A stretch of DNA of 35,862 bases, from contig CAMDSM010000001.1 in NCBI GenBank assembly GCA_945906905.1, forward strand, positions 1 through 35,862, read 5' to 3'. The stretch's first letter is position 1; the number at the start of each line of letters is the position of its first letter. The notes beneath the pieces were generated by a model. That model ran no database searches and was not told the DNA's origin. It was given only the letters and a program-made list of their open reading frames with translations. The DNA is from Altererythrobacter xiamenensis. GTDB taxonomy: Bacteria > Pseudomonadota > Alphaproteobacteria > Sphingomonadales > Sphingomonadaceae. This document shows positions 26,755 through 35,862 of this stretch, one piece after another. Both the position numbers and the translations under genes were made by a program.

Positions 26755-28878
26755 ATGATGAGCTGGTTGCGCGGGTTGCGTAGTGGAAAGAACAGGCACT
26801 GGGCTCCGGGCGAAGTCAGCTCGGTGCTCGAAAGTGCGCCCTGGCATCCTGCATTTCGGGGCGAGGGGGCTGCACCGCTGCCGCCATATTCGCAAGCTGC
26901 CGATCCGGTCGAAGCGCCACCAATCACGCCGATCAAGCCCAAACGCAGCCGCTGGTGGTGGATCATCCGCGGAGTGGCGAGCGGCCTGTTCGTGTTCATC
27001 CTGCTGGTGGGCTATCTGGCGGTAACCGCGCCTTTGTCCAAATCTCTCGAACCCATCGCTCCGCCGCAAATCACCCTGCTGGCCAGCGATGGCACGCCGA
27101 TTGCCCGCAATGGCGCGATTGTGGGCGAGCCGGTGGAGGTGGCCAGCCTGCCCGAGCATGTAATCCAGCCCTTTCTGGCGATTGAGGACCGGCGGTTTTA
27201 CAGCCACTGGGGCGTCGATCCGCGCGGGGTGGCGCGGGCGCTGCTTACCGGGGTCGGCGGCGGTTCCACGATCACCCAGCAGCTGGCCAAATTCACCTTC
27301 CTCACCCCCGAACGCAGCCTCACCCGCAAGGCGCGTGAGGCGTTGATCGCCTTCTGGCTGGAGGCGTGGCTGACCAAGGATGAGATCCTCGAACGCTACT
27401 TGTCCAACGCCTACTTCGGCGACAACACCTATGGCCTGCGCGCCGCCAGCTTGCACTATTTCTACCGCCAGCCGGAAAATCTGCGGCCCGAACAGGCCGC
27501 GATGCTGGCCGGGCTGTTGCAAGCCCCCAGTCGGCTGGCCCCCACCAGCAATCCCCAAGGTGCGGCGCAGCGGATGCGGCTGGTGCGCAATGCCATGGTG
27601 GCGGCGGGCTATATTACGCAGGAACGCGCCGATGCCATGCCCGTGCCCACGCTGGATGTGCGGCGCCAGCGCGACAATCTGCCCACCGGCACCTATTTCG
27701 CCGATTGGGCACTGCCCGAAGCGCGGCTGCGCAGCGAGACCGGCTATATCAGCCAGACGCTGACCACTACGCTCGATTCGCAGCTTCAGAACATCGCCCG
27801 GCGGGCGGTGCAGCGCGCCAGCCTTGGCGGGGCGCAAGTGGCGCTGGTGGCGATGCGTCCCAATGGCGAGGTGGTGGCGATGATCGGCGGGCATGACTAT
27901 GCCACCAGCCCGTTCAACCGCGCGACGCAGGCGCAAAGGCAGGTCGGCTCGACCTTTAAGCTGTTCGTCTATCTCGCCGCGCTGGAGGCCGGGTGGGATC
28001 CCGATGATACCATTCCCAACACCGAATTCACCTCCGGCTCCTATCGCCCGCGCAATTCCAATGGCCGCTATTCCGAGAGCATTTCACTGCTCGATGGCTT
28101 TGCGCAAAGCTCCAATGTGGCGGCGGTGCGCTTGCAAGCCGAAGTGGGCGATGATGCGGTGATTGATATGGCCCGCGCGCTGGGGGTGACTGCGCCGCTC
28201 GACCGGGGTGACCCCAGCCTGGCGCTGGGCACGTCGACGATGACGCTGATGGAACTGACCGCCGCCTATGCCGGGATCGCCGCCAACGCCTATCCGGTGC
28301 AGCCGCACGCTTTCGCGCTGCCCGAACAGGGCTGGTGGGACTGGCTGTGGAACGGCCCGGCCAGTTTCAATTCGGGCGTGCACGAGGATATCGAGAGCCT
28401 GCTGCGCGCGGCGATCAATCGCGGCACTGGGCGTGGCGCAATTCTGCGCAGCGCCAATTTCGGCAAGACCGGCACCACGCAGGACAACCGCGATGCGCTG
28501 TTCGTGGGCTATGCTGGAACCGGGGAGGATATGCTGGTGGTCGGCGTATGGGTCGGCAATGATGACAATTCACCGCTGAACGGCGTATCGGGCGGCACCG
28601 TGCCGGCGCGAATCTGGCGTGATTTTATGGCCGCTGCGCTGGGCGAAACCACCCGCCCCGCACCGCGCCCCACCGCCTCTGCCGATCCCGGCGGCCCGGT
28701 GCAGCCGCTCGATGTCGACGGGCTGGAGGATATTCCGCTGACCGATGACGGCAATACCACACTGTCAATCGACGGCGATGGCGCGACGATCAGCACGGAT
28801 ATTGAGGGGGTCGGGCTGGATATCCGAGTGGACGAAGGCGGATTGCGGGTGACGCCTGCCGGAGAGCCGCCGGGTTAG
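26755..28878 (+). CDS. Class A penicillin-binding protein (transglycosylase/transpeptidase, PBP1A family)
   Basis: TM anchor, EDRRFYSHWGVD, GGSTITQQL.K, RK..E, KDEILERYL, S.xK (STFK), SSN, KTGT. Confidence 0.94.
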   Translation: MMSWLRGLRSGKNRHWAPGEVSSVLESAPWHPAFRGEGAAPLPPYSQAADPVEAPPITPIKPKRSRWWWIIRGVASGLFVFILLVGYLAVTAPLSKSLEPIAPPQITLLASDGTPIARNGAIVGEPVEVASLPEHVIQPFLAIEDRRFYSHWGVDPRGVARALLTGVGGGSTITQQLAKFTFLTPERSLTRKAREALIAFWLEAWLTKDEILERYLSNAYFGDNTYGLRAASLHYFYRQPENLRPEQAAMLAGLLQAPSRLAPTSNPQGAAQRMRLVRNAMVAAGYITQERADAMPVPTLDVRRQRDNLPTGTYFADWALPEARLRSETGYISQTLTTTLDSQLQNIARRAVQRASLGGAQVALVAMRPNGEVVAMIGGHDYATSPFNRATQAQRQVGSTFKLFVYLAALEAGWDPDDTIPNTEFTSGSYRPRNSNGRYSESISLLDGFAQSSNVAAVRLQAEVGDDAVIDMARALGVTAPLDRGDPSLALGTSTMTLMELTAAYAGIAANAYPVQPHAFALPEQGWWDWLWNGPASFNSGVHEDIESLLRAAINRGTGRGAILRSANFGKTGTTQDNRDALFVGYAGTGEDMLVVGVWVGNDDNSPLNGVSGGTVPARIWRDFMAAALGETTRPAPRPTASADPGGPVQPLDVDGLEDIPLTDDGNTTLSIDGDGATISTDIEGVGLDIRVDEGGLRVTPAGEPPG

Positions 28879-29996
28879 GCTTGCGGCGTCACCAGATATT
28901 TCTCGCCAGTGGCCATCCGCGCGTAATCGGTGATGGCGTCCTGCTCCAGCATCTGCGCCAGGCTGACCTTGCGTTTGTAGCTGCTGGCAAAAGTGGTGGT
29001 CAGTTCATCGAGCACTCGGCTGCGCATACGACCCATCACCTCCATCCCGGCCTGCGCCAGGAACGGCGACAGCAGCCAGCCCGATACCGTCCAGGCAAAG
29101 CCATAGCTTGGCGTCAGGATCGTCGGCCCCAGTTCCAGGCGACCATAGATATACATCTTCTTCAACTGGCTGGAGCCATAGCGGTCGAAGTGTGTCATCC
29201 GCTTGGCGGCCACGCGTTCCATCGTGCGCAGGCAGGTGTCGGTGGTTTGCCCGCCGCCGATCGGGTCAAACCCGAGAAATGCGCCCGTGGCCTCGATCGC
29301 GTCGGCCAGCCGGTCCTCGAAATCGGCTGCAGCGCTTATCACAACATGCTCTGCCCCTTGCCCGCGCAACAATTCGGCTTGCTCCTCGCGCCGCACGATG
29401 TTGACCAGAGCGATCCCGTCGTCGCGGCATATCCGCCCCAGCATCTGCCCCAGATTGGACGCTGCCGCCGCGTGGATGATCGCCGCATGGCCTTCAGACC
29501 GCGCGGTTTCGGCAAAGCCCAGCGCGGTCAACGGATTGACGAAGCTGCTGGCCCCGTCCTCGACCGAATGGCCACCCAAGGCCAAGCACATCATCGCATC
29601 GACAAGCGCATATTGCCCGTAGGCATGGAGTGGAACGCAGGCGACTCGCTGACCCATCAAAGAGGCGGCCATTGGGTTTTCACCCGTCGCGATCACCGTG
29701 CCCGCCCCTTCGTTGCCCACCGCCTGCGGCAAGCCATGGCGGGCCTTTTGTGCCGCAACGATGTGCGGCGCGACCTTGGCCACCATCTTGCCGGGAGAAT
29801 AGTGCGCCTGTTCAAGGTCTGCCCCGACGGTCAGCAGGAACAGGTCCGAGGGGTTGATCGGTGCCGCCTCCATCCGCACCAGCACCTGATTTGCCGTGGG
29901 GGCGGGAAAGGCTTTTTCCACCAGTTCGAGCGTCAGGGTGCCATCGCTGGTGATCGTGGAATTGAGTTGGAGGCCGATCGTGGTCATGTCTGTCAC
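28875..29996 (-). CDS. Zn-independent medium-chain dehydrogenase/reductase (NADH oxidase / enoyl-reductase-like)
   Basis: [29 protein letters not shown]. Start is GTG 29996 (overlapping the truA stop) or ATG 29987. Confidence 0.85.
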   Translation of the reverse strand: MTDMTTIGLQLNSTITSDGTLTLELVEKAFPAPTANQVLVRMEAAPINPSDLFLLTVGADLEQAHYSPGKMVAKVAPHIVAAQKARHGLPQAVGNEGAGTVIATGENPMAASLMGQRVACVPLHAYGQYALVDAMMCLALGGHSVEDGASSFVNPLTALGFAETARSEGHAAIIHAAAASNLGQMLGRICRDDGIALVNIVRREEQAELLRGQGAEHVVISAAADFEDRLADAIEATGAFLGFDPIGGGQTTDTCLRTMERVAAKRMTHFDRYGSSQLKKMYIYGRLELGPTILTPSYGFAWTVSGWLLSPFLAQAGMEVMGRMRSRVLDELTTTFASSYKRKVSLAQMLEQDAITDYARMATGEKYLVTPQA

Positions 29997-30745
29997 TCCG
30001 TTTGTGGGGGATAGGTTGCCCGGACAAAATACAATCCCTCAGGCGGGGCATTGAGGCCAAGCGCGGCGCGGTCGCGGGCGTCCAGCGCCTCGGCCAGCTG
30101 CTGCGCCGTCCACTGCCCCAGCCCGACCAGCGCCAGCGTGCCGACCATGGAGCGCACCTGATGATGCAGGAAGCTCCTCGCCGCCGCGCGGATAATCACC
30201 TGCTCTCCCTGACGGCTGACATCGAGCTGTTCGAGCGTCTTGACCGGATCGAGCGCCTGGCAATGGGTGGAGCGGAAGGTGGTGAAATCGTGCGTGCCGA
30301 CCAGCAGCTGCGCCGCCTGATGCATCGCTGCGGCATCGAGCGGGCGGTTCACATGCCACGCCTTGCCGCGCTCCAGCGTCAGCGGCGGGCGGCGGTTGAC
30401 GATGCGGTATTCGTAAGCTCGGCCAATGCACGAAAAGCGCGCGTGCCAATCATCCGGCTTGGCCGCGCAAGCGATTACCGCCACCGGATCGGGCCGCAGT
30501 TTGGCGTTCAGCGCCTCCATCAGCCTGAAAGGATCGAACGGCCGGGCGATCTCGATATGCGCGACCATGGCCAGAGCATGGACCCCGCTGTCCGTGCGCC
30601 CGGCGGCGTGCATCCGCACAGTCTCGCCAGTAATGGCATGGGCGGCTTCCTCCACCGCCTGCTGCACCGTGGGTCCATTGTCCTGCCGTTGAAGGCCGAA
30701 GAACGGGCCGCCGTCGTACTCCAGCGTGAGGGCGTAGCGGGTCAT
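29993..30745 (-). CDS. truA: tRNA pseudouridine(38-40) synthase
   Basis: [40 protein letters not shown] overlap with fmt. Confidence 0.96.
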   Translation of the reverse strand: MTRYALTLEYDGGPFFGLQRQDNGPTVQQAVEEAAHAITGETVRMHAAGRTDSGVHALAMVAHIEIARPFDPFRLMEALNAKLRPDPVAVIACAAKPDDWHARFSCIGRAYEYRIVNRRPPLTLERGKAWHVNRPLDAAAMHQAAQLLVGTHDFTTFRSTHCQALDPVKTLEQLDVSRQGEQVIIRAAARSFLHHQVRSMVGTLALVGLGQWTAQQLAEALDARDRAALGLNAPPEGLYFVRATYPPQTE

Positions 30746-31656
30746 TTGAGCAGAGTGCCGATGGGGATTGCGAAGCCGCGAAGCAGGTCTGCGGTGGTCA
30801 TCGCTGGCCGCCCGGCGCGCTGCACTTCCAGCGGACGGATCGCGCCTTGCCCGCAAGCGATGGTCAGGTGTTCATCCAGCACCGTGCCGGGCGCGCCGCT
30901 GGCTGGCACCACTTCGGCCCGCAGCAACTTGACCCGCTCGCCAGCCATTTCAAACCACGCGCCGGGGAAGGGGCTGAACGCGCGCACCTGCCGTTCGATG
31001 GCGACGGCGGGGGCGGACCAGTCTATTGCCGCCTCGGCCTTGTCGAACTTGGCGGCATAGGTGGCGAGCGTCTCGTCCTGGACTTGGGGAGCTAGAGTTT
31101 CGAGCCGGGCCAGAACATCGACCATCAGCCGCGCGCCGATGGTGGAAAGCTCGTCAAACAACTCACCGCTTGATTTGCCAGCAATCGCGGTCTCGCCCGT
31201 CAGCAGCATCGGCCCGGTATCTAGCCCGCTGGCCATGCGCATGATGGTGACGCCGGTGAATGCATCACCCGCCAGCACCGCACGCTGGATCGGCGCGGCC
31301 CCACGCCAGCGCGGCAGCAGGCTGGCGTGGATGTTGAAGCAACCAAAGCGAGGGGCCTCCAGAACCGCAGGCCGCAGGATCTGGCCATAGGCGACCACCA
31401 CCGCCGCATCGGCCTCCAGCGCGGCAAATTCAGCCTGCGCACTCGCATCCTTCATGCTCTCGGGATGGCGCACGAGAAGGCCCAGCGCCTCGGCGGCGAT
31501 CTGCACGGGCGAGGGGCGCACCTGCTTGCCGCGCCCGGCACGCGCGGGCGGCTGGGTATAGACCGCGCACACGTCATGCCCCGCTGCCACCAGCGCTTGC
31601 AGCGTCGGGACAGAGAAATCGGGTGTTCCCATGAAAATGATACGCAACTTTTGCAT
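30742..31656 (-). CDS. fmt: Methionyl-tRNA formyltransferase
   Basis: [46 protein letters not shown]. Confidence 0.97.
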   Translation of the reverse strand: MQKLRIIFMGTPDFSVPTLQALVAAGHDVCAVYTQPPARAGRGKQVRPSPVQIAAEALGLLVRHPESMKDASAQAEFAALEADAAVVVAYGQILRPAVLEAPRFGCFNIHASLLPRWRGAAPIQRAVLAGDAFTGVTIMRMASGLDTGPMLLTGETAIAGKSSGELFDELSTIGARLMVDVLARLETLAPQVQDETLATYAAKFDKAEAAIDWSAPAVAIERQVRAFSPFPGAWFEMAGERVKLLRAEVVPASGAPGTVLDEHLTIACGQGAIRPLEVQRAGRPAMTTADLLRGFAIPIGTLLK

Positions 31657-31702
31657 CCGGGCGGCTTTGCCTTTCCTTGTGTTGCCCCCTATCTCTCAGG
31701 CC

Positions 31703-32299
31703 ATGGCATCGCAAGAGATCGAGGCGCTGACTGGCGCATTGGCCAAACTTCCCGGCCTTGGCCCGCGGTCGGCGCGGCGGGCGGTGTTGTGGTTGGTCAA
31801 GCGGCGCGAGACTGCGCTGGTGCAGGTGATCGAGGCGCTGACAGCGGTGCGCGAGCGGCTCGCCGAATGTGTCACCTGCGGCAATGTCGATACCAGCAAC
31901 CCGTGCCCGATCTGCGCCGATCCGCGCCGCGACGCGCGGCAATTGTGCGTGGTGGAGGACGTGGCCGACCTGTGGGCGCTTGACCGGGCCAAGCTGTTCA
32001 CCGGGCGCTATCACGTGCTCGGCGGCAGATTGTCGGCGCTGGAAGGCGTGCGGCCCGAGGATTTGACGATAGACCTGCTGGTGGCGCGGGTGGCGGCGGG
32101 CGGGATTGACGAGGTGGTGCTGGCGATGAACGCGACGCTGGAAGGCCAGACCACCGCGCACTACCTCGCCGAAAAGCTCGAGGGATATCCGGTGCGCATA
32201 ACCCAACTGGCCCACGGCCTGCCGGTGGGGGGAGAGCTTGATTATCTTGATGAGGGGACTTTGGCGCAAGCGCTGCGGGCAAGGCGCCCGGTTGGATAG
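31703..32299 (+). CDS. recR: Recombination mediator RecR
   Basis: [12 protein letters not shown]4 zinc finger, [32 protein letters not shown]. Confidence 0.97.
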   Translation: MASQEIEALTGALAKLPGLGPRSARRAVLWLVKRRETALVQVIEALTAVRERLAECVTCGNVDTSNPCPICADPRRDARQLCVVEDVADLWALDRAKLFTGRYHVLGGRLSALEGVRPEDLTIDLLVARVAAGGIDEVVLAMNATLEGQTTAHYLAEKLEGYPVRITQLAHGLPVGGELDYLDEGTLAQALRARRPVG

Positions 32300-32308
32300 G
32301 CTGAACCG

Positions 32309-32533
32309 TTATTTTAAACCTAACTGTTTCCGAATTGTTTCGGCGATGTCGGGCAGTGCAGCAACCGCCTTTGTTCGAGCCAAGGTTTGCAGCCCAGAGA
32401 CGGTCCCGATGAATGCGCCGCAGTTAGCGCACTTAACTTCGCTGTCGGGCGCCAGCTCATCGTCATAGGCCAATAGAGCGGATCCGCAGCTCCCACACCC
32501 AATCTCAATTTCTCCAATTTTTGCAATCGACAT
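32309..32533 (-). CDS. Small hypothetical Zn-ribbon protein (74 aa, CxxC…CxxC)
   Basis: MSIAKIGEIEIGCGSCGS…EVKCANCGAFIG…; GGAG RBS upstream of ATG 32533; LexA box upstream; visibly lower GC than its neighbours. Confidence 0.72.
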   Translation of the reverse strand: MSIAKIGEIEIGCGSCGSALLAYDDELAPDSEVKCANCGAFIGTVSGLQTLARTKAVAALPDIAETIRKQLGLK

Positions 32534-32549
32534 TTGCGGTCTCCAATAT

Positions 32550-32564
32550 GTTCCTTCAATGTTC
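32550..32564 (-). promoter_or_regulatory. Alphaproteobacterial LexA (SOS) box
   Basis: GTTC-cttcaat-GTTC (GAAC-N7-GAAC on the minus strand), overlapping a putative TTGCCA-N17-GAACAT promoter. Confidence 0.75.
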
Positions 32565-32628
32565 TCATTTCGGCGGTCAATTGGCAAGTCCCCTTGACGA
32601 TCCTATCCACCGTCCATACGTGCCCCCT

Positions 32629-33195
32629 ATGGCCATCCTAGAAATCATCGAAGCGCCCGATCCGCGCCTGAAAACCATCTCCACGCCCGTCGACACCTTC
32701 GACGATCAGCTCAAGATCCTCGTCGCCGACATGTTCGACACGATGTATGCCGCCCACGGTATTGGTCTGGCCGCGATCCAGGTGGGTATTCCGCTGCGGG
32801 TGCTGGTGATTGATCTGCAGCCCGAAGATGAGGATGCCGAGCCCGAGGCTTGCGATCATGACGGCCACGACCATCACCACCAGCCGACCAAGCGGACCCC
32901 GCGCATTTTCATCAACCCGGAAATCCTCGATCCTTCGGCGGAGACCAAAAGCTATCAGGAAGGCTGCCTGTCGGTCCCCGATATCTACGCCGATGTCGAA
33001 CGTCCTTCGGCCTGCCGCGTGCGCTGGCATGATCTGGACGGCAAGGCCCATGAAGAGCCGATGGACGATCTGATGGCGGTGTGCATCCAGCACGAACTGG
33101 ACCATCTCAACGGCGTGCTGTTCATCGATCACCTCAGCCGCCTGAAGCGCAGCATGGCGCTCAAGAAACTGGAAAAGGCCCGCAAGGCCGCCTAG
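32629..33195 (+). CDS. def: Peptide deformylase
   Basis: GIGLAAIQ, EGCLS, QHELDHL.G motifs. Confidence 0.97.
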   Translation: MAILEIIEAPDPRLKTISTPVDTFDDQLKILVADMFDTMYAAHGIGLAAIQVGIPLRVLVIDLQPEDEDAEPEACDHDGHDHHHQPTKRTPRIFINPEILDPSAETKSYQEGCLSVPDIYADVERPSACRVRWHDLDGKAHEEPMDDLMAVCIQHELDHLNGVLFIDHLSRLKRSMALKKLEKARKAA

Positions 33196-33222
33196 TCCTT
33201 CTCCATCGGGAGAGGATTGGAC

Positions 33223-33774
33223 ATGTCGATCAGGATCGGTTTGGCCGCGCTGGCATTGGTTCCGTCGCTGGCTGCTTGCGGCGATACAGCCGCGCTTGAA
33301 GCGCGCGTGCAGGAGCTGGAGGATCAACAGGCGATCCAGCGGGTCATCACCAACTATTCCGCCTACCTCGATGCCCGCGATTACGATGGCTATGTCGGCC
33401 TGTTTACCGAAGACGGCGTGTGGCAAAACGGATCAACCCGGCGCGAGGGGCGGGCGGAAATCCGCGCGATGCTGACTGGCCTTTTCGGTGAGCCTGAAGC
33501 CAATTTCGTCAACCTGTCGAGCTTCCACCAGATCGGCAATTTCGAGATCGACGTGACCGGCGACACCGCCCACGCCAAATCGCGCTTCGTGTTCGTGATG
33601 CGCGGCGAGGGCGGTGCGCCGACGCCTTCACTCAGCGGGCAGTATGCGGATGAGCTGGTGCGGGTGGATGGCGTTTGGCTGATCAAGCACCGCGAAGATC
33701 ACACGATCATGCCGACAAGCGCAGAATGGGTCGCCGAAATCCAACGGCGAGGGTTGGGGACGCTGGAGGATTGA
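33223..33774 (+). CDS. SnoaL/NTF2-like fold protein with lipoprotein signal
   Basis: Lipobox LAAC, LED..AI…Y…LD.RD…LFTEDG, G.Y.D…R.DG.W.I..R. Confidence 0.82.
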   Translation: MSIRIGLAALALVPSLAACGDTAALEARVQELEDQQAIQRVITNYSAYLDARDYDGYVGLFTEDGVWQNGSTRREGRAEIRAMLTGLFGEPEANFVNLSSFHQIGNFEIDVTGDTAHAKSRFVFVMRGEGGAPTPSLSGQYADELVRVDGVWLIKHREDHTIMPTSAEWVAEIQRRGLGTLED

Positions 33775-33820
33775 GGTGAGGCTCTAATTTAGCACAGTCC
33801 CCAAGATATTACCTCCACCC

Positions 33821-33857
33821 CAAAGCAAAAGGGCCGCCCCTTGCGGAGCGGCCCTTT
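33821..33857. terminator. Intrinsic, probably bidirectional terminator between convergent snoaL-like gene and fhs
   Basis: Minus strand AAAGGGCCGCTCC-GCAA-GGGGCGGCCCTTTTGCTTTG (GNRA loop). Confidence 0.9.
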
Positions 33858-33882
33858 CGCAATTTCAACTAACCCAAACGGA

Positions 33883-35547
33883 TCAGAACAGCCCTTCGAT
33901 CATCCCATTCTCGTCGATGTAGATGTTCTCGGCGGAGGGAACCTTGGGCAGGCCAGGCATGGTCATCACGTCACCCGCGATGGCGACCACGAAGCCGGCA
34001 CCAGCCGACAGGCGCACTTCGCGGATCGTCACATCGTGGTTTTCCGGAGCACCCAGCGCGGTCGGATCGGTGCTGAACGAATACTGCGTTTTCGCCATGC
34101 ACACGGGGAAGTGGCCATAGCCCATGTCTTCCCACTGCTTGAGCTGGCTGCGAACCGACGACGACATGGTGACCGTGCCTGCACGATAGATTTCAGTGCA
34201 AACGGTGGTGATCTTGTCGGCCAGCTTCATCTCGCTGGGATAGAGGAAGTCGAAACCTTCAGCGCCGATATCGGCCTTGGCTGAGACGATCCGCGCCAGT
34301 TCCTCGGCACCAGCCGAACCATCGGCCCAATGCTTGCAGATCACCGCCTCGGCGCCATATTCCTTGGCCATCTCCACGATCACGGCCAGCTCCTCGTCAG
34401 TGTCGAGGTAGAAGTGGTTGATAGCGATGGTCGGCGTGATGCCGAACTTCTTCACGTTCTCGATATGACGGCGAAGGTTCACTGAGCCCGCACGAACCGC
34501 ATCGACATTGGCACCCGCAGTCAGATCCTTCTTGGCCACGCCGCCATTCATCTTGAGCGCGCGAACCGTGGCCACCAGCACCACCGCATCGGGCTTCAGG
34601 CCCGCGAGGCGGCACTTGATGTCCATGAACTTTTCCGCGCCAAGGTCAGCACCAAAACCCGCCTCGGTCACGACATAGTCGGCCATCCGCAGTGCGGTCT
34701 TGGTGGCGATCACCGAGTTGCAGCCGTGGGCGATGTTGGCGAAGGGGCCGCCGTGGAGGAAGGCCGGGCGGTTTTCCAGCGTCTGCACCAGATTGGGCAG
34801 GATGGCATCCTTGAGCAGCACGGTCATCGCCCGGTCGGCCTTCACGTCGCGGCAGAACACGGCGGTCTTGTCACGGCGATAGCCGACGATGATATCGCCG
34901 AGGCGCTTCTGTAGATCTTCAAGGTCCGAAGCCAGGCACAGGATGGCCATGATTTCCGACGCCACGGTGATGTCAAAGCCGGTCTCACGCGGGAAGCCGT
35001 TCGACACGCCACCAAGCGGCCCGACGATCTGGCGCAGCGCGCGGTCGTTCATGTCGAGCACGCGGCGCCAAACGACGCGGCGCAGGTCCAGCTCCAGCGT
35101 GTTGCCCCAGTAGATGTGGTTGTCGATCATGGCGCTGAGCAGGTTGTGCGCGCTGGTGATGGCGTGGAAATCGCCAGTGAAGTGCAGGTTGATCTCGTCC
35201 ATCGGCATCACCTGGCTCTGGCCGCCGCCAGCGCCGCCGCCCTTGACGCCGAAGCACGGGCCCAGGCTCGGCTCGCGCAGGCACAGCATGGTTTTCTTGC
35301 CGATGCGGTGCAGGGCATCGGAAAGGCCAACCGAAGTGGTGGTCTTGCCTTCGCCCGCAGGCGTCGGGTTGATCGCGGTGACGAGGATCAGCTTGCCTGC
35401 GCTGGTTGTGGGCAGCGTAGCGGTATCGACCTTGGCCTTATACTTGCCATAAGGGATCAGCGCATCGTCTGGCACGCCAGCGTTCCTGGCAACCTGCGTG
35501 ATCGGGATCAGCGTTGCGGCGCGGGCAATTTCGATATCGGTGAGCAT
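33883..35547 (-). CDS. fhs: Formate--tetrahydrofolate ligase
   Basis: [78 protein letters not shown]. Confidence 0.97.
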   Translation of the reverse strand: MLTDIEIARAATLIPITQVARNAGVPDDALIPYGKYKAKVDTATLPTTSAGKLILVTAINPTPAGEGKTTTSVGLSDALHRIGKKTMLCLREPSLGPCFGVKGGGAGGGQSQVMPMDEINLHFTGDFHAITSAHNLLSAMIDNHIYWGNTLELDLRRVVWRRVLDMNDRALRQIVGPLGGVSNGFPRETGFDITVASEIMAILCLASDLEDLQKRLGDIIVGYRRDKTAVFCRDVKADRAMTVLLKDAILPNLVQTLENRPAFLHGGPFANIAHGCNSVIATKTALRMADYVVTEAGFGADLGAEKFMDIKCRLAGLKPDAVVLVATVRALKMNGGVAKKDLTAGANVDAVRAGSVNLRRHIENVKKFGITPTIAINHFYLDTDEELAVIVEMAKEYGAEAVICKHWADGSAGAEELARIVSAKADIGAEGFDFLYPSEMKLADKITTVCTEIYRAGTVTMSSSVRSQLKQWEDMGYGHFPVCMAKTQYSFSTDPTALGAPENHDVTIREVRLSAGAGFVVAIAGDVMTMPGLPKVPSAENIYIDENGMIEGLF

Positions 35548-35747
35548 GGATGATCCTCTTTTTTATGGGCAGGCGGGTGTGAGCTTGCGAAGTTTCACCA
35601 ATGCGAAATTTTCGCGAATCTGAATTCGTAAGTGGCGCATACTATTTTTGCGGGGCAAAACTCAAGCGTGTTTTCCTGTGATAGCAGCATTGTTGCGGTG
35701 TGGATCAATCGGAATGGTGGCTTGCGCGATTGGAGCGGTGGATATAC

Positions 35748-35762
35748 GTTCCACTTTCGTTC
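35748..35762 (+). promoter_or_regulatory. Alphaproteobacterial LexA (SOS) box overlapping a -10 element
   Basis: GTTC-cactttc-GTTC; promoter TTGCGC(35722)-N17-TACGTT(35745). Confidence 0.78.
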
Positions 35763-35777
35763 TTTCGAGGTGAGAAT

Positions 35778-35862
35778 TTGGAACCCCAGACGCTGGTGAT
35801 TGTCGCGATTGTGGCGCTGGTTGCGACTGCGCTCGGCTGGTTTTTCGGCGCGCGCCCGGTGG
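35778..35862 (+). CDS. Partial CDS (5' end), probably DNA recombination protein RmuC
   Basis: GAGGTG RBS, TTG start, N-terminal TM helix MEPQTLVIVAIVALVATALGWFFGARPV, SOS box upstream. rmuC is a known SOS gene with an N-terminal anchor. Only 28 codons are visible. Confidence 0.5.
   Translation, partial: MEPQTLVIVAIVALVATALGWFFGARPV

Overview
GC-rich alphaproteobacterial chromosomal window. Gene content and order (bolA/J-domain/cobS; fmt-truA divergent from recR-def; hisG-hisD-nusB-thiL-hppA) fit Sphingomonadales, probably Erythrobacteraceae; this is an inference. It holds about 36 complete CDS and one partial CDS at the right edge. Most are housekeeping genes (uvrC, tesB, hppA, thiL, nusB, hisD, hisG, bolA, cobS, class A PBP, truA, fmt, recR, def, fhs), with small accessory modules between them. 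I saw no rRNA, tRNA, CRISPR, transposase or phage genes. The most interesting items are: (1) a 74-aa lower-GC CxxC..CxxC protein between recR and def with a perfect alphaproteobacterial LexA box in its promoter, a candidate uncharacterised SOS gene; (2) a translationally coupled GNAT - JmjC hydroxylase - TesB operon; (3) a secreted DUF6152-like / unknown partner / gluconolactonase trio with His-His near the mature N-termini; (4) a TonB-dependent receptor carrying a Gly-tethered, Cys-bracketed, EF-hand-like inserted domain; (5) clustering of fmt, def and fhs, which together form a formyl cycle; (6) several non-coding structures (13-bp tandem repeat, 15-bp direct repeat, terminator-like hairpin in the hppA leader, apparent leaderless promoters). 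All family assignments come from motif recognition by eye, not database searches.
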